Shown here: one piece after another, positions 26,141 to 40,961 of the stretch
Position numbering within the stretch: position 1 is the first letter of the stretch
Layout of the letters: every line of letters begins with the position of its first letter
From: Epiperipatus broadwayi
Taxonomy: Eukaryota; Animalia; Onychophora
NCBI GenBank assembly: GCA_028023455.1
Contig: JAQFVV010000010.1
Coordinates: forward strand, 4,836,001 to 4,900,000
Direction: 5' to 3'
Length of the DNA: 64,000 nucleotides
Translations under genes and position numbers: made by a program
The notes under the pieces: model-generated
The model's database searches: none
Told to the model about the DNA's origin: nothing
Seen by the model: only the letters and a program-made list of their open reading frames with translations

Positions 26141-27100
26141 AATGGGAGTAAGGTGATAATAGCTAGATTTCAACAGTCAAATCAAATTGTTAGAGCTAAA
26201 TAATTTGTTTTTAAATATTTCATTTTATGTTGCCTGATATACCACAACCTGATAAACTTTGAAATTTTTTCATTTCACAAACAGGCTTATTTATAATCAT
26301 CCAATAGAGTTGATAATCTAGCTATTTTTAGTTAGAAATGAAAATAAAATGTCTGATGTATTAATAAGAAGAATAAAAAATATAAATTATAATATGGTGT
26401 AGCTTTCATCATTGAAGAAGAGAAATCATAATATTATAGACATTGGAGCCCAAGGTTATTCTTAATTTTTTTAAGTTTTATTTGAAAATAGATAAATATA
26501 AAAAAAATATTTTAATTTTTTATAAAAGATATTAGTGGAGCCATAGTGAGTATTTTTTATTCTTAGATTTTGTAGAAAATTAATTCAATATTTTGATTAT
26601 GTAATTGGTACAGTTTGGTATATAGTGTGTTTTATACTGACAGTTTAATGTCTAGAGTGAAGAGAAAGATGTCACCACTGTTAATTAAATTTGCTTTAGG
26701 AAAGTCACGTAATACTTAGTATTGGAGTTGGCCATAAAATTGCTTCCAGCCAATTTTTAACTTAGACTATTAAAATACATTATGTCTGATATATATATAA
26801 TTGTAAACATTGCTTTTAATTTAAAATCTTAGATCAAAAATTATTACATGTATTATTTTTTTAAATTTACATTATTCATATTTTAACTGAAAAAGCAATG
26901 GAAAATCAACAAATAAATTACAATGATTATATTATATGTAATTAGTATTATTATTATTGTTTTAATAACTGTCTCAATTAGGAATATTTTTGTATTATAT
27001 ATATATTTAAATTTTCTGGTCTTGAAAGCAGGTTTCTTAATTGGTCAAAGAACTTATCTTATATCTGTGTGTACATTAAATTTTGGCTTTTGTTTTGTAG

Positions 27101-28541
27101 GATAGTGATGGGAGTTCTCATAAAAAGCATGAGAAAAAGACTGTTGAAGAAAATACCCATCCTCCTCCACCACCAGTTATTTCTGAAGCAAAAATTGAAG
27201 ATTCAGAAAATTCAATTACTGTGAAGAAGGATGAATTGCCAGTAAATCAATCGCACAATCAATCTCAAAATCAGTCTTTGACAAGGATTAATTTCACTGC
27301 TCAGAAATTGGCATTCCAACAAGAGACCAAAACTAATCACCTTGAACAAATCTCAGATCACCATGTTCAAGAACCAAAGCCTCAACAAGTTATGGATGCT
27401 GAACAAACTCTGGAAAAGCCTGTCTGTTTAGATGGCAGTATTTCTTCACCACAACAGATACAACAGCCTCAAATGCATCCATCTTCTCAGCAACCTCAAA
27501 TGGATTCAGATTCCTTAGGACAACAGGTTTTGGATACTGCACAAAATGTTTTTAACAGTACAGTTTTGAGTTTGCAATTAGCCAAACATCAACAATTCCA
27601 AAAACAGATTCAACATCAGGAATTGCAGCAGTTGCAACACATACAGCAGCAGTTACAGGAACAACACCAATTACAACAAAATTTACAGCAACAGCAGCAA
27701 TTGCAACAACAGCAGTTAGAACAGCAACATTTACAATTACAACATCAGCATTTGCAGCATTTTCTACAGCAGCAAGAACTTCAATTACAACATCAGCAAC
27801 AGCAACAGATTCACATTCCTCAGAGACAGACTATTGAAGTGATCTCGCCTCATTCTAAAAAGGAGGAAGAAATGCAAGAAACTCCATTTTTTTCTACTCA
27901 GCCAGTTAATAATGAAAAAATGCGTAGGCATTCTGATTCTGACAAATTTATGCCTCCCAAAAAATCTCCATCATTGGCAGAATTGCTAAGAGCTAAAATT
28001 GCTGGACATAGCAATGCCCACAGTAATACAAACACTGTTGTAACAAATACAAACATTTCTAACAATACAGGGGTTTGTCAGGTGCAAAATACTCCTGAAC
28101 CAATTAAGATGCAGGTAATTACACCTCGCATTGAAGAAAATATAAATAAATCTAAAATAAGAGTAGATGAATGTGTTTCATCACTTTCTCATACTAAACT
28201 GCAGAGCTGTGTAACAGAAGAGCATCATAATGATGATGTATTTTTAAATCCTTCCAGTTTGCCAACCAGTCCAATGCGAGTTAAACGAAAGCACCGTCCA
28301 GAGCCATTATATATCCCACCACATGTTAATACTTCAGTCTTCCAGAGTCGACTTCGTTCACCCAGACTTTGGGATGGTTCTGAAGGCAAAGGATGTAGTC
28401 CACCACCTTATACCCCACCTCCAATGTTGAGTCCTGTCAGAAGTGGTTCTGGACTATTTTGGCACATAATTAGTTCCTCGGGCTCACTTACACCAAAGTC
28501 TGCTCCTGTGACACCACGTTTTTCATTACTTAGCCGTAGAA
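27101..28541 (+). CDS. TRERF1: Large coding exon with polyQ/H tract and TRERF1/MIDEAS-family motifs
   Basis: Open 480-codon exon from the TTTTGTAG acceptor to the GTAAGT donor; contains KHRPEPLYIPP, FQSRLRSPR and PPYTPPPMLSPVRSGSGLF. The ORF-track start (27221) and its last residues are artefacts. Confidence 0.92.
27580..27810 (+). repeat. Interrupted CAA/CAG coding repeat (Q/L/H-rich)
   Basis: QHQQFQKQIQHQELQQLQHIQQQLQEQHQLQQNLQQQQQLQQQQ... Confidence 0.85.
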
Positions 28542-31313
28542 GTAAGTTTACTTTTTTTTATCATTACTGCTATTTTAAAATAATATATTGTTGGCAGCAA
28601 TAAGTTAAGAGTTTGTAAATAAATATATTTTGATAAATTGTTCAGGATTTAAACTGAATTTATATTAGTTATTGAATGGATATCTTCTATAGCACATTTA
28701 AATTCGCAAATGGTTTGTTTAATTTATATATAGATTTGTTGACAATGCAGGAAATATAAAAAGATGTGTTTGCATGATATCAAATAATATTTGTTTTCTT
28801 ATAACTAAATCATAACATTATATGATCTTCCAAAGTGTTATAAATAACTTGATGGTCGAGAGTAAAATTAATATTTTTATTTATTTTTTGAAAATAAGTA
28901 GATATTTAGTATAATTTTTTTTTCTTGATAATTTGTACATTAAACTAGCAAGTATTAGATTACAAATGTGCACAGTATGTACAAAGAAATTAGTGATTTT
29001 TTTTTATCTCATCAAAAGATGCCTTTTCTTTTTAATTATATTTTATGTAATGTAAAATAATTTGTAAATCTGATTGGCAGAAATGGCATTCTCTTATATT
29101 TTTTTTTTCCTTTGCCCTGTATAATTGGATATATATGCAACTGAATGTACAATAAAATAGGGAATGGCTATAGTCTCTCGTGAATTTAATAAATCTACAT
29201 TTGTCATGTTCATTTTGGGAAAAGTGGATCAAAGCTTAATCTATCGTTTTTTGTGCTTGAATGTCAGATGACTTCCTGAGTGACTAACTATTTGATTTTG
29301 ATTTTTTTTATAGCATTAGTCATTTAAATAATAAGGAAGGAAATATTTAACTTTTGTCAAAAAAAAATCAATGTTGATTTATTGTACAATATTATCCATT
29401 TAAAAAAATGAGAAAATTTTATTTTACATTAGAAGTTCTAAATCATATATTTATAATCAAAAATTTTAAGTTTGATTGTCGTAAAAAATATCTTCATGTA
29501 AAATGACATAAAATGTTTGTTGATTTAATGTACACTCAGTAAAAAAAATTTACGCTACAAATAAATTTATTTCTAATTTTCCTTTTCAAATAGTGACTAC
29601 AATTATTGTGGAATTATATTACCTGTTAAGTTTAGAACTATTATTTTGCTTAAGTTAAAACTTTTTATCTGCAAAATGAATTTACAACTATTAAGTGAAT
29701 TTTCATTATATATGCATTTATATAAATGAGATAATCAAATATTAACATTGTCCTATTTAATGATTCAATATCTGTTTTAAATTATTGTAGGTTACAATTA
29801 TTAAATATTATGCACGATAAGGATTTTATTAAATGAAATAATTTTAGTGTAAATAAAAAAAAGTAATGCCTTGCCAGAAATTGTCATTAGTTATTAGAGA
29901 CCACAAGTTATGGCTTTCAAAATAATATTTGTTCAGCTAAACGATAATAGTTAAACTATTACTGATAGTCAGAACATTGTCTTTACAATAATAACATCTA
30001 AGTGATACTAATTACCACAATATTCTTTCATTTTATGTTCATCAAATTGTTTTTAAGAATAAATTTTAAATCTTATATATCTAAAAAAGATATTTTGCTG
30101 TAAAGCTTTTTTATTAAAGATGATTTCTTGGTTAATTATGAAAAAAGTTTATTGTAGATACAACATTTGGTGCAAAATAAATTTTAAGAAATACTTGCTT
30201 CAATAGGTTTATGCTGTCACAACATTTTAATCAAACACTGTAAATAAGAAATTACATTATTCCAGGAAAGCGGTTAAATATTTTTTTAAAAAAGTAATTG
30301 TATGATAAATTACTTCAGAAATTGTGTGATTTAATTAGATGTAGTGATTTATTTCCTTATAATTAATCTGTGTTGTTTTTTACTTTACTCAACTGAGAAT
30401 CAATCCAGAAATCTTTCACTTTTGAAATCATCATTCCAGTATACTGAATTAAACCACACAGGTTGAAATAATTATATATCTGTTGGTCAAGGAGTCATAT
30501 GGCGTTTGAGCACTAAAAAATGTGTTAACCACTACAGTTCCTCTTAATTTATCAGTCTGAGATTTTTTTCTCAGCTGGTCATTAATCACTGAATCTTTAA
30601 TTGCATCGTCTGCTCTAAGTTATGACAGTCAATATATATATTTATGCATTTTATTAAATTTTTTGCATAAAATAATTTTGAAATATTTTGTAAGTTTTGT
30701 TTTATGCTTTTATATACCTTCAGATCACTATATCTTTATATGAACATTTATAATTAGATCTTTTGATTTTGTTCGTAAATAAAAGCATATTCTCACATTA
30801 AAAACAAATATAAACCTTCAAGTATATGCAATTCTTTGAATACTTTCAATTTGAAATAGTCTGTAAATTTTAATTAAATTAATATAGCACAATTAATTTC
30901 AAATTTTTTTAGTATGCACTATTTTTTTGTATAATAGATTCATGTGAATTGCTTTTAATATTTCAAAAAAAAAAAAAGTATGAGAATTTTAAATAAAACT
31001 AATTTAAAGTTCAAAAATGAATTGTGATAATCATATGTATTTTTTTTTTCCTTTTGAAGAATATATTAAATATATATATATATTCCTAGATTGATAAATT
31101 TTACAGGAGTTTAGGGTAATCAAATAATATTTAAATGTGGCTTTTTAAAACACAAAATTGCTTTTTGTTCTTGCTAGTGGTTATTAACATGTAAAAATTT
31201 TAATTATTTATGTAACTTCTGAAAGAATGTTATTTGATTTAAAATTTTATATAATATATATATTTTTAAAAGATGTATTTATACATATGTGAAAATTTAT
31301 TTAAATTGTTTAG

Positions 31314-31383
31314 ATAGTACGGGTGATACTGAAACTGATGTGGAAGATGAAATTGGAGAACCACCAGAAACTGATATTCAGCC
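31314..31383 (+). CDS. TRERF1: Coding exon (NSTGDTETDVEDEIGEPPETDIQP)
   Basis: TTTAG/GTAAGT, phase 1 in and phase 2 out, matching both neighbours. Confidence 0.88.
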
Positions 31384-34300
31384 GTAAGTAAATTTTAAAA
31401 AGTAATTAATTATGAATAGATAATTTTATTTCTGTGAGTATATCTGTATTTTTAATTTGTTGTAAAACTTTTCCCATCATTTATCCTTCTTAGATAGAAT
31501 TACATTAGACCTGTTAGTTCATTAATACCATTGATTAGTCCAAATGAAATAATTTGCATATTGTTAATAATAAAATTTGACAATTAATAAATGAAAGATT
31601 ACGTTTTTAAAAAAAGAGCCTACAGCTAAGCTATTATCACTAAAATTTTTGTAAAATGAATATATTAATTTACAGATTATTCATTTTGCACATCTAAGAA
31701 AAAAAATTACCTTTGTTGAGAATTGCACATTAATTTCAATAAAATTAAAATATTGATTAAACTCATTTTTAAAAAATGTAAAATTGATTCGTACAGTATT
31801 TGTATTAAAGTACTACCAGTTGTGAAGAAATTGTTTTATTGGTTTTAAAGATAAAAGGTAACATGTCTTAATAATCATGGTAATATGAAAATGACACTTC
31901 CTTGCTGATTAAGCAATGGTTGCTTTATTTATTACATTTTTATCATCATTAATCATAAACTTAAACATTTTAATTTATAGTTTAATTGCATTTTTTTTTT
32001 TTTAACAAAATAAATATTAAGATTCTTTCTTTGTTATACAAGAAGAGTTTGTCACACAGCATATTTGGAATATAATGACTTAACTATGGAAATAGAATTA
32101 TGCAATATTCATTCTTATAGAATGCAGATATTATTGTGAAATGAATATAGTGGCATCTGTGCTAGAAACTAGTTTAAGTATAAAATTTGGAATTAGATTC
32201 TTTTTAAATTCAATATTCATTCATATTATCTATCAAGTAAAGTTATATTTATTATTATCATCAAGATAAATAAATATCTATTTTCTTTTGTATGTAATAA
32301 CTAGATATAGGTAAACATGAAGCTTTCTTTCAGTGCTTATTGTTTATGAAATTGGATATATATTCTACATGATATGTATGATATGTTTCTTAATGAAGTT
32401 TGCTATTTTACAATGATGTTGTTTATTTGTGTCAGTCAGCACTCATCTTAGTAATCATCCTTACATTGTTCATCTCAATAATCATTGCATTTTCCAATTT
32501 TGAATAGTTATTAAGCCTTGAATGTCTTATTACTAAAATATGAGACTGAGTCATAATGAATATATTCTTAATTATATCTCTATATTGATTACTTTTTTTA
32601 TGATTAATGTAAAACAGTCTTAAATTATCCATTGCATGATAAAGATTTTTGCTCCATCTTTTTCAAAAAGCATTGGGTAAGAGATCAGGTGTTTCCTCCT
32701 CCTCCAAGTAAAAATAGCATTTACCAATTTATCAATTAATAATTAGTTGATTATTGAAAAAAAAATTAAAATTGGAAATTTCTGTATGAAAATTTTTTTA
32801 AATTCTATCTATATTAACAGTGTAAGAATAGTTTGTACATTATCTCTTAAAAATATTGTTTCACATTAAATTTAATATTCATTACTTGTCACGTAAAGAA
32901 GTATTTCTCATTATCATCCAGATAATGAATATATTTGTTAACCTTTGTGTATTAATTAGCTAAAGCTAGACATGAATTTGTGTATCAATGCTTATTGTTA
33001 TGAGATTGTAAGTAAAATTCTATTTCTTAACTAATTAATAATATTAATATTAAACCATAGACTATGCTGCACATATGTTACAATTTTTTTAACAAAAGCT
33101 ACTCATCATGTTTTTGTTTACATTCAGCACTCATCAAATCAATCCTGATTATCATGGTATCATTTCCTTCTAATTAAGCATAGTTAAATGTCCATTATCT
33201 AACCATATTGCATGGGTTAACTAGGTTAGTTATAGGTTTTCTACTTAAAAATATTTTATTGAAAAATTCTCAGCTTATTAAAAATTCTCCAAACTTCACT
33301 ACATTTGAACCTTAAGTTAAATGCATGGCTAACTAATGCCCTAACCATGAAGATCTTTTTAGGCATAAACTTAACTGAAATGAAAAGGCACATTAATTAA
33401 TTATTAAAATGATGTTGATATATCGATATTATATAAATATATTGCCAAAGTTGTTTCCTAAAAACTTGATTTTGCATTTAAAGTTGTATAAATTACTTTT
33501 CTTATAACTTTTTATCTTGTACAAAATCCAAATTTGACTTTCTACTAAATAAATCTGAGGAGAGCATTCCCATCCAGTTTTCATCTTTTGAATACTATTC
33601 AGAATATGTATTCCTAATATGCAAGACTTGTTATCTGTTTTTAATGTTAACATTATCATCCAAACAATTGGGAAGAGATCATGAGTTTTATCCCATAATC
33701 TCCATAAACATATTTTTTTTTTAGAAGTTAACTCAATGGTATTAATGAACTAATAGGTCCAATGTAATTCTATCTAAGAAGGATAAATGATGGAAAAAGT
33801 TTTAATAGCCGTTTGAATGACACTATGTATAACCTACTATTTAATGTTGAATATCATTGGCTTTCTATGTAACTTATACAATAAATAAAATCACAGAGTA
33901 TAATTTATAGTTACTGGATTAAACATAAAATGTCTAAAATATTTTTTTTTAATGCACCACTAAGCAAATCTTAATTTTCAATGATAACAAAGTCAACAGT
34001 ATCAATCTTTCATGTTACATATTAAGAGGTATAATCAACAAGTTGTTGTAGACTAAAATTGGTTTAGAATAATAGGACTATAATTTCATTTTATCATAAC
34101 CACAGTAAATATTCTTGAAATTAAAATGACAGACCTTGTTTAAAGTTTAGATTAATTAATGATAGATGATGTGGTTTGAATAGGAAATATGTTAGTTTAA
34201 CTTAGTGAATGACTTTGAATATTTTAGATTACCAAATACTTTGCTATCCATAATAATTATCTCTTTTCATTCTGTAATAATTGTGTCACTTCTTTTGTAT

Positions 34301-35434
34301 AGGATGTTATATTTTTATCAAACGCAAATGGTCATCTTGTGTTCATATTGGCTTGCATCTAAATTTTATATATATAAAACATTAAGTAATAAATGATATT
34401 TATCTCATCTAGAATTTCATTATCGATATTAGAAAGTTTGACTAGTGGGTGGCAGCATGATTAGCAAGTTAACAATAATGACATTGGTATGAAATATGTG
34501 AATTGCAGGATAGTGGCATACGTTATATTTGTTACAGATGTAACAAGCACTTTAAGATAGAATAAGACATGTCACTAATAGGTGAGTAAACTAGTCATGA
34601 TGAGACCAAAAAAAGTAATGAATTTTATAAATGCACTTTTTGGCATTCTGATTTAATTTGTCTGCTGCTTTTTTCAAGAATTACATCCAGAGATTGGTAT
34701 AATCTAATTTGACTGGTATTTTTAAATTTTACTTTTTATTTATAACCTAACAAAGAAAAAGAGGAGAGAAAAACTTAAAGTTGTTTTCAAATTTTTTCAT
34801 TACTAGTTTATTTAACTTTAGAAAAGTATATAGGAATACTAAAAAAAAAAAATGGGGACTAGCTTGAAAGAAAAATTACCCACCCCCCTCTTTTTTTTTT
34901 TTTTTATGGTCACTGTCACAAAAATAGTTTGATATATTGAATAGTAATATAGTAAATTATTTTGAATGCCCAATAAAATACATATATTAAAAACTATGAA
35001 AAAAATAGAAAAATATCAACTTAATAGTAACAAGGTGAAGTATAGTTCATGTGTAGCATCATCTTTGCCTCTAATAAGGAATTCTACATAAATTGTAAAT
35101 AGAAATGATTCTAATTAAGTCTCATGAGAGAGGTGTAATTTTTTAAGATTGTATTGCAGTTTGGAATTTATTATTTTTTTAGCAAAATTAAATATGGATG
35201 TAAGATTCTTATGCATTAATGTTAATTAAAGGTAATTATTATTGATGCTCTGAGAAACTATGTAATAAGTAAGCTTTTGTTGTTTAACATACAAAATGAC
35301 TTTGTAATAGCATTTACTTTACTAAATGATCTTTTTACTATTGATGAAGAAAGTATTCTTTAAGATTTTGCATTTTAATTTAAAACAATATTACTATATT
35401 TATAAAAGAAGTAAATATTTTATTCATTTATTAG

Positions 35435-35484
35435 GCATGTAAATATTGGGCCTCAGTTTCAAGCAACTTTACCACTGTATAATC
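35435..35484 (+). CDS. TRERF1: ELM2 domain start exon (PHVNIGPQFQATLP)
   Basis: Canonical ELM2 I/VNIGxxFQAxLP motif, TTAG/GTAAGT, phase compatible. Confidence 0.92.
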
Positions 35485-36099
35485 GTAAGTTTATTCTTTA
35501 TATATTTAATAATAATAAGTTCTTCAAGTATATATAATTTTTGTTTTGACAACAGAACATTGTTAAATCATTATTAACCATCCCTATCATTTCCTTTAAA
35601 GCCACATAAAAAGAATCTATGTTTTTATCTCATATATAATCAATTTCATCACTATTTTTATATATCACTGTAACTGTAATGGTCATTTTGCATTGGTTTG
35701 GTAGACTAGTAAAGGCATGAGTAATGAAAAGTGATTTAACAAAGTTTTGTTAAGTTTTGGTATTGGAAATTGTATCTAGATGTATATTCTGTTTTGCTAA
35801 AATATCTTCAAATTGCACAATAAATTTTGAAAGATTTTATCTTTCAATTCTGTCATGAATGCCTTTTTAAATTATTTATTTTTCAGGAAACTGTTATTTT
35901 ATGTTGTTTTATTCATTTATTTTTTATATATAACTACATGAATATATATAGTATTTACAAATATCAAAGCATTGTAAAATCATATTTAATTTTATTATTG
36001 CTTTAAAAAGTAAATATACTTATAAAATGCTTTTTTTTATAATACTTTTTATAATTTTTTTTTCTTAGTTTTAGATAAACTCAACCCAAATTTAAAATT

Positions 36100-36990
36100 A
36101 AGACTATCCAAAAAAAAAAATTTAACACAACCAATGGTTTCCCTGCCAAAACAAACTTCTCAAATGTAAAGGCTACAAAACACATCAACAAATATATTAA
36201 TTATATTTTTTACACTACATCTTACACACCTTTAATATTAAAAGAACTCTTAAATAAATTGATTGCCTCAGTATCATAAATGTTTAATAATAAAGGTTGT
36301 TTAATTCTTTTTATTTTATTTCTTTTAAAGAAAACAACCTTAGCCTCTTCAAATCTAATATTATGGCCTGCATTTCTTTCATGGATATATAAAGCAGAAT
36401 TAAGATATTTATTTTTTACCCTATTTTTATGAATTTCTCTTCCTTCGTTTAAGCTCAAATTACTTTGACCTATATATATATTTACAAAAACTAAGGATAA
36501 TATACATAATAAGTAAGAATGTTAATTTGTTTGTTAATTTAAAAAATTGATTGAAAGAGCAGTATTTTATTGAATAATTTATTAAATAAAACAAAGATTT
36601 TTGATAGGAATTCTACTTCTGGAATAGCTTTTATTATCTCTTGTTTTTGTAAAAAAAAAAAAAAATTGTATATTGGTCAAAGTAGATTGAGCTTAAATGA
36701 AAGAAGAAAAGTTCATAAAAAAATAAATATCTTAATTCTGTTTTATATATCCATGAAAGAAATACAGACCATAATATTAGGTTTGAAGAAGCAAAAGAAT
36801 TAAAAATTTATGATAGTGAAGTATTTAGCTTATGTAAGAATTCTGTTAATATTAAAGGTGTGTAGGATGTAATTCTGATTTGTGGGAAATCTAATTAGTA
36901 TATATTTGTTGATGTATTTTGTAGTGCTTTACACTTGAGAAGTCTGCTTTGGCAGGTAAACAATATTGTATTAATTTTTTTTTTTTTTTT
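36100..36990. mobile_element. Penelope-like element 3' ends (GIY-YIG remnant plus pLTR) as an inverted pair, 3' ends outward
   Basis: Plus copy SGIAFIISC...KLYIGQSRLSLNERRKVH; minus copy SLNEGREIHKN...SALYIHE-NAGHNI-F; downstream arms are reverse complements. Confidence 0.8.
36928..36975 (+). ncRNA. Degenerate hammerhead motif with UUGAGAA (U3-A8) core; mirror copy at 36121-36170 minus
   Basis: TTTACAC TTGAGAA GTCTGC TTTG GCAGGT AAAC AATATT GTA; mirror copy has GAAAC CATTG GTT GTGT. Confidence 0.5.
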
Positions 36991-37129
36991 AGCAAAACTT
37001 GTTTAATTTCGAATTTGCAGTAATTAAGTTATTTTATTGACTAGTTTAGCTTTAGGCTTTTTGTAATTAGTATTAGATTAGTATCTAAAAAATGTCTAAT
37101 TTTTTTTTATTACTAATTTGTTTTTGAAA

Positions 37130-37900
37130 AACTATTGCTGCCATATTGCCACATTTCCAACAAACTTGTCCCTATGAAAGATTTATTCTTAATCATCATA
37201 TTCATTGACAATCTTCTATGAGAAAGTCTATGACAGTTTATATTTTCAGCAGAATTCCTGAAAACTTAATTATCCCATTTCAATCTCTTTCTATAGTTTT
37301 TAATATGTTTGAATTCCAATTTATGGCTTTATTTGTCCATTTATTATCATCTTTTCCATAAAAAATCAAATTCATCTTCAGCCTTTTAATTATCTCATTG
37401 AGGTCAATGATATCTATATAGTTTTTAATTCCTGCATTCTGCTTTCAATTCCTTTTCTTAGGTCTAATATACATCTTTTCTCCTTAATTTCATTTTGTGG
37501 TTTGCAATTTTAACACTTTAACATGTTCCCAAATATCAGATCTTTAAGTAAGCCTTTTCACTACATATTTGTTTAAAATCTTTTTCCAGGCACATCAATA
37601 TATTTTATCAAAAGCAGTCCTTCCAACTTCAGTTTTATGATTATTATCCATAGATTTTCCTTCATGGTAATTTTTTTGATTTTAAAAAAACCCATTGGAT
37701 ATTATTTTAGTCTTTTTACTATTTATTTTTAATTCTACATTTTTTATGCAGATATAAATGTTCATTTTACATTTTCTGGGTTTTCTTTTAAAGAAGATAG
37801 CACATTGATATAAATGCCACTTGGACAAGTTGTCATTTCCAGTATTTACATTTATTGGAAGTGTTGCATATTATTAATAATTTAATATTTGATATTATTA
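37130..37900 (-). mobile_element. Decayed RTE LINE 3' fragment
   Basis: IRPKKRN...IKNYIDIIDLNEII-RLK...KDDNKWT...NWN resembles the RTE C-terminal region. Confidence 0.55.
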
Positions 37901-40177
37901 TTAATTCACAAAGGTTATTAAATGTGTAGACATGAACTTTACTTTGTAAAATATGATTATTAGCCATATTAAAAAAAGCTGTGGTCAGTTTGAAATTCAT
38001 CTTTATTAATATCATTTGAAAGATTATCCATCTTTATAAGAACCAAGATTGCAGATACAAGTGATCATTTTACATTTGCTGAATTTTCTGACAAAGAGGA
38101 TAACCCTTTAATATAAATGGCACTTAGAAAAGCTATCATTTTCAATGTTTATATACAGTGAAAACATTGTGTTTATTTTTTAAAAAATTTTAATCACATC
38201 AGTAATTAATACAATTAGTTCTCAGGCAGAAAACTTAAAATTTGAAGGATGTATAAAGTTTAGAAAGTGGCCTTCCCTACTAGTAATTTGAGAGATTTCT
38301 TCTGCCAAGCATATAATGGAATACTAAGGAATATTTTAATCATCATTATATAATGAATCAAAAAGCAGCTCACAGAAATAAATTAGTCAAACAAAAGCAA
38401 TTAAGTGGATATTGAACTTTGAGCATTGCATCATGTAATAAAATTAAATGTTTAAATTGAGGTTAATTTAAAAAAGGAGAAATTGTTGAATCAGAATAGT
38501 GAAAAAGAAATGACATTTTTTTTATATATTTTAAATAATTTTTTTAGTAAATAATATAAAACTTATTTACAGTATAGACAAAGAAATCATTCTCACAATT
38601 AAAATGTTGGCAGATAATAATTGTTTTGAATGCAAAAACTTGATAGAAATATACATTTTTGAGAAAAAGATTCTATTTATATCAAAATAAACAAAAACAG
38701 TGAAGACTGTATTTCCAAGAGGATTTCTGATATAGAATAACTTTGGTAACAAAATGTATTTGTCTTCATGAAAATAATATTAATAGACATTGTTTGCAAG
38801 ATGGTCTTCTAATCTAGTTCTGCCACTTTGTCTAATATTGAGAAAGCCATAAAATAGAATGGATAGGTCAGCATTGGATAAGGGATTTATTAAGCATTAC
38901 TATCTAGTAGGAGTGGATTAAGAGAAATAGATTTTTTATTTAAAAGAAATATATGCAAAGGTCATATGATATTTTGCTGGTATTATAACAATCCTGGTCA
39001 AGGAAATAAGTGCCTATAGTTATTAAAACTCTGAGGAGAATTAAAATATAAATTTGTTTTTAATTTCAGGCTGATAACATAGTATGAAGAAAAGAAATAA
39101 ATGATGGGATCTGGAGGAACAATGCATTGGATCCAAAAATCTAGGTTGCATTAGATTTAAATTCCAAACCATCTCAGTGATGAAAGCCATATAGTGGGGA
39201 AATGGATAGGTCCATGTGGGCTAAAGATTTATTGAGCACTATCTAACATTTATTAATTACTTAAACTTACATTAGATGGCAAATTTGGAACTGAAGAAAT
39301 GGCTTTTCTATTTAAAAGTAATGTATAGGGAATGTTCGTGTGATATTATTATTAGACGCTTGAAAAATACTTTAATAAATGGTTAATTGATTAAGATATA
39401 ATAAATAAAATATTTTTAAAGAAAAGGATAGTTTTTCATGTTTTGAAAATTATTTTAATATATGAACTGAATCAAAGTTTATAAGAAAGTGCTAGAATAC
39501 AGTATATTTTTTGGTCTAAGTTATTTCAAAAAATTAGTTTGATCATTTAAATAGAACCATTATACTTAGTCTAATTTTAAAACCTGAGTATTTCATGTAG
39601 TTGACTGTACAATAAATTTATTTTATTATTGTTCTCCATTTAGAAATTGAATTAATCTAAAGAGCTAAAAATACTTTTCTTTGCCTTTTTTAAACATGTA
39701 CAAATGTATGCATATGTGTCTGTATATTTTTTTCTTAGTAATAAAAGGTTGTGACAGCAGATCAAATATTCTTGATATTGTTAAGCATGGATTGCTGTCA
39801 TGTAATATGTGTGTGTATATATATATCCATATTCACATCCATACAATATCAACTTTTAATAGAATGACAAAATTACTTGCACTAGCTCCAATAATGTTAT
39901 AATTCACAAAGAAGATGTACTTATTTTTGATATGAAAATGATAATTTTAAAACTTAATCATTCGGTTAAAATTTTTGAAATTAATTTGGAATATTAAGGA
40001 ACTGAGAACATTTGTTTTTGTTTTTATAACATCAGCTAACAGTATATTTTTTGTATTTATTTTTATTAATAATTATTTAAATTTTAAAATAGTCAGCCAA
40101 AATTCTTGTTTGTTTTTTTTAAATTGTAAATATTTACTAAATGTAATAACATGTTTTTAAATACATATAACTTACAG

Positions 40178-40264
40178 CTTTTAAAAAGCAAGCACTCTTG
40201 GTAGAAAGCAAAGAAGATTTAGTTTTTGATCCCAAGCTAACAGAAGATATTAGTGATGAAGACT
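40178..40264 (+). CDS. TRERF1: ELM2 domain exon (PFKKQALLVESKEDLVFDPKLTEDISDED)
   Basis: TTACAG/GTAAGT, phase 1 in from 35484, EDLV(F/W)DP ELM2-like motif. Confidence 0.85.
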
Positions 40265-40961
40265 GTAAGTAGTTTTTTTTTAATGTAAAACTTAATATTT
40301 ACAATTTTTAAATTATATCATTAATATTTGATTTACAAATTAGATGTAAAAAGAAATTTATAAACTAAACAAATATTTAATAAGTATTTTCATTTGTAGA
40401 TTATTTTTTATAAGTTTTGTGTATGTATTTTTCTCTTTTGGAAGGAAATCTCATTTAGATACAAATGAAGAACTTGTATTTTACAAATGTAAGATAAATC
40501 TTATATTATTGGTTTAATATATTATTTACTTTATTATAAATCTTGAATATAAGCTAATAAAGTAATTTTTGTTAAAATTAAGGGGAAAGAAATGGCAAAT
40601 TATCATAATAAACATTTGAATGATTTTAATATTTATCACAATATTTTTTTTACCGAAAATTGAATCATTTAGCATGCTTATTATTATAAACCAAAAATTT
40701 TTACTTCATATACTATTAATAGAACTTTAATGAAATCTTTAATTATTATGAACTTTTTTACTTTCAAAAAAAAAAAAACTGAAATTGTCTAAAACAAATT
40801 CATTAATTTTATCAAATGGCTCAAAAGAAGATACACAAAATTGACCTAAATTTATATAATAATTCTAAAAAAAATTTAAAACTTCATGTGAATTTTTGGC
40901 TGAATTAAATTTTAAATCTTTTATTGATTAACTAAGATAAACTAAAGTTATTAAATTAATT

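Noticed and set aside
29000-35400. Short 60-90 aa ORFs here and across 37.8-62.3 kb
   Set aside because: I/F/L/K-rich frames expected by chance in AT-rich DNA, with no motifs.
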